In this document: positions 21,901 to 33,900 of the stretch, in pieces | Numbering within the stretch: position 1 is the stretch's first letter | How the letters are laid out: each line of letters opens with the position of its first letter | NCBI RefSeq assembly: GCF_902459465.1 | Contig: NC_047080.1 | Span: 1,798,001 to 1,862,000 of the forward strand | Origin: Asterias rubens | Taxonomy: Eukaryota | Length of the DNA stretch: 64,000 nucleotides | Reading direction: 5' to 3' | Program-made: the position numbers and the translations under genes | Notes under the pieces: generated by a model | Told to the model about the DNA's origin: nothing | Databases searched by the model: none | What the model saw: only the letters and a program-made list of their open reading frames with translations

Positions 21901-24900
21901 TCCTCAGAAACCATTAGAAACTCTTTATAAAAAGACGGACTGTTGCCTTGATAAAAGCAGGCCTGTCGTTATACGTGAAATTAAGAACTGAGAAAATGGA
22001 TTTAGCTGTAGCAAACTGTTTACCAACCAAAAGGACCCATGGTATAAATGTAAAATAATAATAATAATAATAGTGGCTTCTCATATAGCACTCAGGTCCA
22101 TCACGCAGTGTCGCTTCAACATTATTACCCCTGGTCAATGGGCCTTAAACCATTCTTTACACCATCCCAGCTCCCTGTGGAGTATACAGCCTGTGCCGCC
22201 AAATATGTAGCGTAATCAATCACAAGGACCAACTCTGCCCTCACAGGTACCCATTTACCCCTGGGTGGAGAGAAGCAATTAAAGTGAATTGTCTTGCTCA
22301 GGGACACAAGTGTCACGATAATCAACCCTCGCAGAGTCTTTCTCGAAGGTCAACACAACATCCATGAACAGATAGATAAGTGTAACAGAAGCAATCAAAT
22401 GGAAATACATGAATGGAGAGAGAGAGAGAGTCGGAAAGCATGCAGCGAAAAGAAAGGTGAAACTAAGGGTGCGTTCGTTTAGCTTCCCTGGGTCTACCCC
22501 GCAATGCTCACTCGGGTGAGCCCCTGACAAGAGCTAAACGAACGACCACTCACCGCTCTCGTAGTGACGTCGTTTACCTGAGGCCAGCCCCCAAGTGACC
22601 CACTTCACAAGCAGGGCACTCGGGGGTTGACCTGGGTGAGCCCCAGGAATGACGTCAAAAGCTATTCGAACGCACCGGGGCAGACCGGGGATGACCCAAG
22701 GAAGCTAAACGAACGCACCCAATGAACTCTAATACAGTTTCTTAACGTATGCACTGTCCTTCTTTGAATTTCAGGTGGCTGCTTTGGGACAGGCTTCCTG
22801 CTTTCTAATGATAGTGTCAGGTCACTAACCATCTCAGCCCAGACTCTTGCAGGGAACCAAAGCTACGTCTTCCTCTTGATGTTGTCAAAGTCTGATCGTG
22901 AAAGCAGAAGTGCAGAGCAGAGAATTACAATTCTACCGGGTGACCCACCAACTCTTGTTCTGAGGTAACTTTGAATAAAGTTCATGGCATCAATGTAGTT
23001 TTCTCCTCAGTGTTTGGATTTCCAATTGGTATAATGGGGTGTCGTGGCCGAGTGGTTAAGAGCACCGAATTCAAGCTCTGCTGATTCTGTTCAGCAGTGT
23101 GTGGGTTCGAATCCCGGTCGTGACACTTGTGTCCCTGAGCAAGACACTTAACTATTATTGCTTCTCTCCACCCAGGGGTAAATGGGGACCTGTGAGGGCA
23201 GAGATGGTTATTGTGATTGATTTAGCCGAGTAGCGCATTTGTTGCACGGGGCTGTATACTCCCCAGGGAGCTGAGATGGTTTAATGAGTGAATTAAGGCC
23301 CAGTGACCAGGGGTAATAATTTGAAGCGCTTTGAGACACCCATTTGGGAGTGACAAAAGCGCTATATAAACTCAAATATTATATTATTATAATTAATTCA
23401 GTATTTCAAAAGTGCAATGATTACTGAAAAATAATGTCAACCGAACAGAGTAGAGGGTTGACATTAACTGATAACAAATTTTTCAGAATATATGATGCGA
23501 CTGACAGCAATAACAAGCCATAACAGGCCAACAGGTAAATTTTTCAAAAATATCTGTTTTTGTAAATTCAAATGGCAAAACATATCTTAAATCATATTGG
23601 CAACTTCCGTCAACATCAAAAACATAAACCACTTGACTTTTTACTCATTTCCTCAGTTTCCTTCTCTCATATCTCTTAGAGTTTTTACTTTCGCAACGTT
23701 TAAACCAAAGAGGTATCAACAAGAGTTTTTGGTGGCATTAAAACATAGACTATGCTCTATTCAAATGTATCAAGATATAAAAATGACCTTAGTCGACAAA
23801 CGATTCATTTTGCTCGACCGCATCACATATATTGAAACAAAATCTTCCTCTGAAACCAAGATTTTAAATTTCCCCATCCAAGGTGTCTGATGAACTGCGG
23901 ATCGCAACTCAACCCATCGGCCCGGCTGGTCCTGTCAGGGAAATGCACTGACTGCACAGCCACAACACAGCCCAGCTTTGAGTGGACACTACTACCAGGA
24001 AATACATCGAATACGAGGCAGACACTGGATTGGTCTAAAGACACAACCACAGGACGGTATTACCCGTACCTTGCCATCCAAGCAGGAGTATTTGCTGGAT
24101 CTCATGACGAGACCTACATATTGCGTCAACAAAGTAAGGGCATCATTTGTATGTTTGACAGCAAAACCCATCGAGTAACTTTTTACAAAAATCTGCAAAA
24201 AAAAAATCACTGAGCAATTCATTTGGTTGGTCTCTAAATCTATAATATATTCCTAAAATAATTTTAAACTGCCTTGGCTCAATTTCACAAAGCTCTATGC
24301 CCTATAAGTCATCTTTTCACAGTGACTTGTATTAAGCCATCACAATTTGATCAGCAATTAAGAGTGACTCACAGTAAAATCTCTCTTTGTGAAATTGTGC
24401 CCTGGGCCCAATTTCATAGAATTCATAGAACTGCTTAAGCACAAAAACTGCTTAACAAATTTCTGCTTAGCAGGTATGAGCAGGATACCAGTCATAGATT
24501 GTACAAGCAACATTGTAGTTTTTCTGGTAACCATAGTATGGTAAGCACAATTCCGTTATGCTTAGCTTCTTGTTGTGCTTAAGCAGCTCTATGAAATTGG
24601 GCCCAGGTGAGAGACATTTATAAATTGACATACCTTTCTTAGTCTCAAGCAAGAGCGGTTCCACAAACTTTGCCGAGTACACCTTCAGGACCAACTCCCC
24701 ACCAACCCTCGGCCACTGCTCTATCACTCCATCTGAGGGGGTGGTCCTGGTCACTCAGTTCTCCATTGAGTGTTCAGGCTTCGAGGACATCCATACACCA
24801 CTGACCTACACGGCAAATGCTGTCACCGGAGCAGAGAGGTCGGCTGGGGTTAGCTCACTCAGCGACTCATCTCAACAAGGTTGGTCTAGCAATAAAAAAG

Positions 24901-27900
24901 AATAATTCAAAGAAAAAATACGTCATTCTAAGAAACAGGTTAATATTTTACTACTTTTGGAATAAAATACTGTACTAAATTGGTATCATGTAATAAACTG
25001 ACTGGGGAAGTTTGAAATAGTAAAGGTTTTGAACAAAGAAAAATTTACTAGAGTGGGACTTGAATCAAAAACCTCTGTACCAACTCAGCAATCCAGCAGT
25101 GTTTAGTCAACACTTTGTTCATGGATGCCAGTCAGAAGCCATATAAACATTAGCTGCTGTGTAGCCAGGGATCGCCACATAAGAAGCAGCAGAGAGGGGA
25201 TCATGACCTTAAGGGGATGCAACTTTTTTTATAAATTAGCAACAGCATGTCTCTGGGATGAGATAGTGCTCTTTCGGTGGAATGCAAAATTTGAATTATC
25301 CTGTTCTTAAATTCTGTGTTTACTTGCAGGTAGCTTTCTTTTTTATGGAGTAGATCCAAATATCCCTGCAACTTTCCTTCCACTTGGTTTGTCCAGTCGT
25401 GACTTCAGAGTAGAGATCAAAATACACGTCACTGACTCACTGGGTTCTAGTGTACAGACGTCCCTCTTTGCCGTGGTAAGTGCGTTTTCAACAAATCTGG
25501 GCAAAGTTTCAAGGCTCTTATAGAATATGGAAACTAAAAGTGCTATTTTACTTGTTTAATTGCTAAACGAGTTAAACAGTTCAGCTGCAGAACCCTTAGA
25601 AAACATGTGGTCACCGTGGTCTAGTGGTTAGACTGCAGGACTTGCAGCCACAAGGTTGTGGGTTCAGATCCTACTAAGCTAACCTCTGATTTCACAATGA
25701 CTAGAATTAGTATTGTTGTCTAGTTACTGAAACACAATTTGTTGATTTGTGCAATTCCTAATCCGAGACATTAAACCGATGTTGGTATGTGACTGAGAGA
25801 TTTGCTTTTGGCAGCTTGGTGTGTAGGAGTTTGCCAAGTTCCAAATTTAGTCACTAGTGCACATCCATATTCTCTTAGGCCTGCGAGTGACCAGAAGTGG
25901 GCGTTATTCCAAACATTTACAGCCCCGATTATCTTCATCAGGCTAACTTTAAAAAGTCTGAATTCACACACAAAAGTCTGACGTTTCTCATCGTTGACTA
26001 TTAGGTCAGGGAATCTGAGGAGGAAGTGGACATCGAGGAGCTCGCTCTTCAACTGACCTCGGATGAAGATTCGCAGTTGAATCAACTACTAGATGAAGGT
26101 AACTACCAATCAGCTACACAAGTCATCAACACTGTCAGCTCTATGCTGAATGTGGAGGCAGAGAAGGATGGGGATGATGAGGGAACCATGGTTGAGAAGA
26201 AACAACAGCGAGTGGAGGTTGGTCTGATTGGAATACTTCAATATAACAGATGTTAAATTTGGGGTTTTTACCCATATACACCGGTGTGGCGGTTTCAGTC
26301 TTCCGCCATGTTCAGTTTTCCAGGTGACTTAGCCGGACATAAAATGGACTACTTTCGCTTGCTGTGCGCAGGCGTCACATGACGTAATGTTACCGTATTT
26401 GGTCATTCGGAAAACTAGGGGCAATCTTGGAGGACTAGATGGTATGACATGACTCTAGAATTGCAAAGGTCGTGGGTTCGAATCCAACCAGAGTAATATG
26501 CCTGTGATTTTTTTCACAGAACTCAGGTAAGTACTGAGTATACAGTGCTAACACCAAACTAATAGAACTTCAATACTTAAAATTACTAATAATTACAATA
26601 ACTAGTTCGTATATGGCGCATTTTATAATGTATCAATGCACACATTATTTCCCTGGTCAGTGGGCCAATAACAATCCATTAATTTCTCTTAGCTCCCTGG
26701 TGAGTATACAGCCTGTGCTGCTTTTTTTAGACACAATATCAACCTCTACACTCGCAGGTACCCATTTATTCCCCCTGGGTGGAGAGAAGCAATTATAGTA
26801 AAGCATCTTGCTCAGGGTGCAAATGTTTAGCAAGGATCGAACCAACACTCCTATGGCTCAACCATCAGGGCCCAATTTGATGGCTCTGCTTACCGTAAGC
26901 ACAGAATCGGCGCGTACGGAAGCAGGGAATTCTGTGCTTGTAACAAGCGTATTTCAAGGGTTAGCGGCGAATTTTGGCTTCTGCCGCGTGCGTACTTCAC
27001 GTAACAAGGCATTCTTTGCTTACAAGGTTAGCGCAGAAATTTGGCACTTGCACCTAAGCGGGGAATCGCAATCGTAAGCGCAGAATTCGGTGGTATGCAG
27101 AGCCATGAAATTGGGCCCTGAACTTGAATTCGATGCTCTAAACCACTCTGCCTTTCATTTCCCAATTGGTTTTATTTTGTGTAGGCAAGAGAGTCTCTGC
27201 TCAACATGCTCAGCCAGGTTGAAGTCAATAGCCTGGAATCCATACAGTTGACATCATCGGCTATTTCCCAGATTACTAGCGAGGTAGAGGAGATATCCCC
27301 ACAAGCTCAGGTATAAAAGTTTTGGTTAACTTTTGAAACTTGTAATTTGTTTCCATTTTTATAAGAACTTTATCTATTAGAAAACTAGTTTATCGGAAAA
27401 CTGAAGTTTAATCTTGGAGTCCCTCTTTAATTTGTCAATCCATAGACCCAATACATTCAACTTGGACTCGGTGAAGATTATTACTACAATTCAAGCTCAA
27501 CTTGTTCAAGAAAACGTGTAAAGCCTGGTTCATACTTCTTGCTAATGCGATTCGAATTTTGACGTTACAGGGATGTTTTCGCAGAAAGGTTTCGCGGGAG
27601 TGCAGCACAAGTTAACCGAATTATTTGTTGCGAGTTTGTGTTGTCAAAATTTGTATCGCAGGAAGTATGAACAGAGCTTTGCACTCAAGACATTGTTTCA
27701 ATTCCGTTGTATTTACCACTTGAATCTCCAGGTGTCGACCACCAAGGCAATCCAGAGCATGAGTACCATCTTAAAGCAGCAGTCTGATATGGGAGTTGGC
27801 GGAGAGGCAGTTGAAGGAGCAGCTAAGTAAGATCCATAAATTACAGAAAGTAAAATTGTTAAACAATTTCAATGACAGAATCTGAAAGACACTTTCCCTT

Positions 27901-30900
27901 GTGGATCGAGTCTAAAAAAAATAATTTACTTTTGTACAAGAGATAATATCACAAGGCCGGCAGCCGTCGATTTCACAAAACTCTTCCTAAACTTAGGATT
28001 AATCTTAGGACTTAGAGCGAGTTTACAACTCGGGATAGGATAAATCCTAGCGTTTTGTGAAATCTGCTACAGGCAACTTAAAGGTGGGGGTGTTGTCACA
28101 TAGTGCTGAAGCTGAAGGGTTAACCCCTTTACAATTGGCAAGGATGGTGCCATGGGTATCATCCACTAGGTGCCTGGCTGGTGGAGCAGAATGCACTACA
28201 TGTACCTTCCACACTTTTTATGGATTAACTAGGGTTATGTTCCTTGCTCAAGGGCGCAAGTGACATGACCATGATTCAAACCCTTACTCTGCTGCTGACA
28301 ACACCAGAGCTTGGGTCCGGTGAACTAGATAGCTCGGCCACGACATGCCACAAAATGTACAAAGTATTTGTAAGCAATTTTTCACATTTCTGATTTGATT
28401 GTCTCTCATCAGGTTTATTGTGTCTGGATTGTCAAATGTCATGAGTTCTACAGCCATCACCCAGGATCAAAACACCTCAGAAAGTTCACAGTTATCAGAG
28501 CAAGAATTGGAAACTAAACAGCAGGTGATTTGATACTTTTAATAGTACGTCAGTCACAAATAAAAATAATAAAAAATCAGTTCTGTATTATTGATGTTTA
28601 ATTATATAATCTAAGAGATTTTCATTTCATTTCATTTCATTTATGAACTTCACAGGTAGGTAAAAAATAAATAAAATAAAAATAAATGTTTTTAGATCTT
28701 AAAGTCGACCCCCTTCCCCCAAAATCGGCTGCCGAGTAAGATGTAAACACACAAATAATAGTCTCCCCCACCTTATTGAATATTTTGAGCGTGGCAAAAC
28801 AAGCTATATATGTAGCTCAGTTGGTAGAGCGCCAGCACATGAGTCCGTAGGCTGTTGGTTCAAATCCTGCTCTAGTAAACTTGTTTTAGTTCAACCTCAA
28901 ATCATCTTACCTTCTCTGTGTTTTTTTCTTCTAGGCTCGTAACATCACCTTGGCATCTCTCCACGCTCTTGACGATGTCCAGGCTGCTATTTTCTTAAAC
29001 AAAGTACCGGGTGAGCAGCCGACCGTTCTCCAGACAGAGTCCCTCTCCATCATCCTACAGCGACAGGAGAAACACGATTTGGATGGTTTGATGCTCCAGA
29101 CAGAAAACTCTGATGTGATTTTCAAGTTGCCAGTGGGATTGAGCACAGCAATTGATCAGCATGGGGCGTCATCATATGATGAAGTCGTTGATACAAAGGT
29201 AAGTATTACATAAATTTTGGTTTGTTTTAAAACAAAGACTGGTACAGAGTTGGCTTTAAATGAGAGCACTTACTTGACCCTCCTACATACAGGCAGTGTT
29301 CTACCTTAACCGTGGTCCGCTGGCCAAAATGCCACTTAAAACACTTGTGGACCTGTCAAATTACACTCCAAGTGGTCCGGCTGGCTAGTTCAGTCTGCCA
29401 AATCACCCTTGTTTAAAAAAAGACAAGTGAAAAAGCTGAGGACCCAATGAAGAAACAAGCTAGTCACTGAAAAACCTGAGGTACCATAGACTACCACAAA
29501 TATAATACTTTCTAGGCTACCATTGAGTACATGGGTTTCTTCCGTTCTGTGGACTTAAAAGTCTCCACATAAATACCTGTGGTATTTCTTTTATTGAAAG
29601 AGTTTGGCATAATAGAGTCCAACGTGTGATTACTTATACTAATTAATATGTGCAGGAAACGATAAAAGCTTTTTACTGATAAAAGCTTTTCATACCGTAG
29701 ATCCATCATTTTCAACACAACCCTTTTACATGGTCGGAGAGCAGCAACAGAGTGACAAGTCATGTGACCAGCCTCAAGCTTGGACATGGCACTGACCAAT
29801 CAGACATCGCCGTTCAGACCCTACCTGAGGCCGTTGAAATGATGGTGATAAACGGCGATGACATAAAACCTACGCTTCTCCGTGCGTCTTTCAACCAGCT
29901 GACCAATCAGCTCCTCTACTCTTTAAATGTGACCAATGAAAATTCTTCCGCCATCATCACAGTTGCATTCAACCAATCGTTGGACTCAATCGAAGCACGG
30001 ACTTTAAATTTAAGCCTGTACTATGATTCTCCACCAAACAACACAAACACACCATTCGACGCATCAACAATTCTGCCTTCAAATCCAGTGGAAAACCAAC
30101 TGAATTGGAATACAACCAATATGACCTTTGACCCTTATATTTGGGTCATACCAAGTGAGAAGATCTCTGAAACAGGGGCATATTTTGTGACGGTGGACGG
30201 AGGGGATGGTGTCGATGTAAGGAATCTACATCTCTTGGTGTATGCGTTTGGTTCCCAATGTCTGTACTGGGATGAGGCTACAGAAGAATGGCTAGGCGAC
30301 GGTTGTAAGGTGACAATTTACATTTTTGCAAATTTTATGAGAGACGGATTTTATACTAGGAAACTGTCCTAGTTATCAAAGTAATGAAGAGAAGATGACC
30401 ATTTGGTAATGTCAACGCAGGAAGAAAAATCAGTATATTGAATACACAAACTGAGGAACTTTTCACGCAGAAACGTTTCTCAGATTGAAATGTTTTTGAA
30501 TCCCTCTCACTAAAACCACATTCCTTAAAGCGAATCATTTCTCAACATGACCTACATTGTGAACAGCTGCAGTGCTTCTTACAAAGTCAGTTTTTTATGA
30601 GTAATTACCAAAGGTATACCCTTCAAATAATATACATGCTGTTTTTTTGCCCCCAAAAAAACATTTTTAACCACAATGGAGCTTTCTGAATACCGTCAAA
30701 GAATAACTTCATACAAATCTGATTGGAATAAACACTTCAAAACTATAATGTTTTACATTTTCTTCAGAGTTTATATGACGGCTCACAAATTATTTCCCAT
30801 CTTCCTCCAGGTTGACCCGTTAACATCCAAATCTAATTGGAATAAACACTTCAAAACTAATGCTTTACCTTTAGAGTTTGTATGATTGTCTCTCAATATA

Positions 30901-33900
30901 CATTTTCTATTCCCAGGTTGGACCCTTAACATCCACAGCCAAGACTCACTGTCTGTGCAGTCATCTTACATCCTTCGCGTCAAGTTTCTTAGTCATGCCC
31001 AATGCTGTGGATCTGACAGACTTCAGTCTCTTCGCAAATGTGGCTGAGAATCCAATAACTGTCATAACTGTTGCTGTGGTGTTTGTTATCTTTGGTCTCG
31101 GCGCTGTGTGGGCGCACAGGAGGGACCGTTTGGAGAAAGAGAAGGTTCGGACTGTTTTGTTTGTAGGATAAAAATTGTCATTTTCACAACAAAAAATACA
31201 ATGAAATGAACTGATCGTCATAAGCCAATCTGACAGGCATCCCCAAACAAAGATATTGACAAAATAGGGAGATCAACAGACCGCAAACAAAGGGCTAGAT
31301 ATCTCAGTTGGTAGAGCACCGGCACGCTAATCTGAAGGTCACATGTTTAAATCCCGCTGTACTAAACAATTTTTTTTAAATCTTAAATTTATACTAACGA
31401 TTCCATCACAGCTGCACATTTTGTAGTGTTAGATTTAGAAACCACATACTATTGAATGAAAATAGAGAGAAATTGTAAGTTGAGCTATTTGGGTACATGG
31501 ATCTTAGAGAAAGGACGACAGTGGTCTTTTCTCTATGCTTTGATGGAGAACCCTCATTTAATACAAAAAGAGGCCAGACCAATTTGGGAAGACAAAAAGT
31601 AAACACCAAATTCTCTTCTTGAAAACAGGCTCGCCTTATAGTCCTTGAAGATAATGAACCACTGGCAACTTACGGATATCATGTGACGGTCTTTACCGGA
31701 ATGCGTCGAGGAGCTGGCACGACGGCTTCAGTGACTCTCACCCTACAAGGCATCGTGGACGATAGCGAGCGTCATGTACTGGCCACAGACGACAAGGAGA
31801 GCCCAGTGCTGCAGAGAGGCGGGATCGATTCCTTCCTGCTGATGACTAAAGAGTCACTTGGGATACTACGGTCGGTCAGGGTGTGGCATGATAACGCGGG
31901 CAGTAGTCCTGATTGGTAAGATCAATAAATATAATCGGATATTATTTTCCGAGTGGCTTTCAATATAAATACTTGGCAGGAGAATTACTTTTTCGGAGGA
32001 GACACAGTGATACACAAAGGGGGGGGGGATGGTGTGTAAAGGCTGACCAACAACAAATAATAACAGGGACACTGTACTTTTGACTCTACTCTATCGCGGT
32101 CCCCGTAGCTGTTAGGCTGAAGGGGCAAAGAGATGGCGGCCACAACACACTTCCTCCACAACTCTGGATCTTCAGTGGTCCTCAACATTTGCACCCAGCT
32201 TACGATACTCCCGTCCAATGCTTCACATTGTCTACCCATATCTTAAAAAATCCACCTTAAAATATTCATTTTTATCAATAACTGAGACACAGCTTTAGAC
32301 GTTCATCTAAACCATAAACAAGCAGCAAAATTTTTACGGAAAAGAACTTGATTTTTTGTTCATACATTTGAACTTAGCATTAATTTTGACTCTTTGTTGC
32401 AGGTATCTCAGCCGAATCTTGGTCCACGATTTAGAGAAAGACCGCTGGTGGTACTTCCTCGCCCATACCTGGATCGCCGTCGATGCATCCAACGGCGAAA
32501 TCGACAAGACTTTCAAAGTGGCGGCCCCTGATGACCTGAAGGGTTTCCACTACCTCTTCTTCACCAAGAGCGCCCGCGACATGAAGGACAACCATCTGTG
32601 GTTCTCTGTGCTGTCCAGACCACCACGGAGCTCCTTCACGCGGCTCCAACGTCTCGCCTGTTGCTGGTCGCTCCTCATGTCGACGATGCTCATGAACATC
32701 ATGTTCTTCAAGGCTGAAGAAGGAATAGAGGATACCACCGTTAACTTCGGGGTGATGAGTATTTCGATGAACACAGTTTTGATCACAGTTGAGAGCTGCC
32801 TGTTAGCCTTTCCAATCAACTTTGTCATTGTGCAGATCTTCAGGAACACTCGGCCGAGGAGTAAAGAAGAGGTTGAGATTGTGGCCATGAATGAGGAAGA
32901 TGAGACTGTGGTTCATGTGGATTCAACTGGCTTTCACGAACGTTCGAGTCAAGCTGAACAACCATCTTCCAAAGTTGAGGAAGCCGAAAAGAATTCCCAG
33001 CTTCAAGCTGCTCCCTTGGATATACCTGATACTCCTTCAATTTCACCGAGCTCAAATATTGGCTATTCACTTGCTCCCGAGTCTCCTTCTGAGTTGACGA
33101 TAACCTTAAATCCTGGACGTGGTGACAACAACTCGGCCATGAGTCATAACACCCTTCCAGAAAGGGAGCTCTTTGCTGGTGATAAAGCGTATGAAGAGTA
33201 CATTGACATGCATGCAGAGTATGTCTATCTGCGCAGTACATGCACCAACTTCAAAAACACAAGTCATGAGTCTTCTCAAACATCAGCCAACAACAATAAT
33301 CCCCCCGAACGAATACAGAAGACAAGGACGATTGAAGTTCCCGTCGTTCAAGAAAGTGTTCCAAAGCAAGAGCATTTCAGACTTGAGTTGTTGCCAGAAT
33401 GCGACCAGGGCATTCTGTCACACTACATAACGGAACTTACTCCAGAACCGTCCAGGAACCAGAACACAAACAGAAACTTCAGTGCATCCAGCGAAGCATC
33501 ATTCCCAAGACAACAATCCTCTCCATCCAACATGAGCAGCCACGTCACCAGCAGCATCAGTATCTCAATCTCATCGCCCAGTTCAAACGAATCCGCCACC
33601 TACACAAACTACCAGAAGTACCTGAGCACTCGTTTAGGCCTGCTGTACGAACAGCTGCACAATCCCAATCCGAATCTATTCAAGAGTGAAGAGGACCGCA
33701 GGAGGGCGTTGAGGAAGTTCAAATTGGTCTTGTCTCTCCACGGTTGGGAGGAAGAGAGAGACGGTTCAAGTTCCGAGGAGGAGGAGCCTACGGATGAAGT
33801 ACAGAGGCTGTTTGTGGTGAAAGGTCGCCTCCCCTGGTGGTGCACCTACGTAGGATGGTTTCTTGCCGTGTTTTCGAGTCTCTTCGCCGCTTACCTGATC

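Noticed and set aside
23036-31370. tRNA-like sequences at about 23036, 25613, 26426, 28810 and 31293 (also 50563)
   Set aside because: A and B boxes are present but acceptor and anticodon stems do not close and SINE bodies follow, so these are retroposon heads and not tRNA genes.
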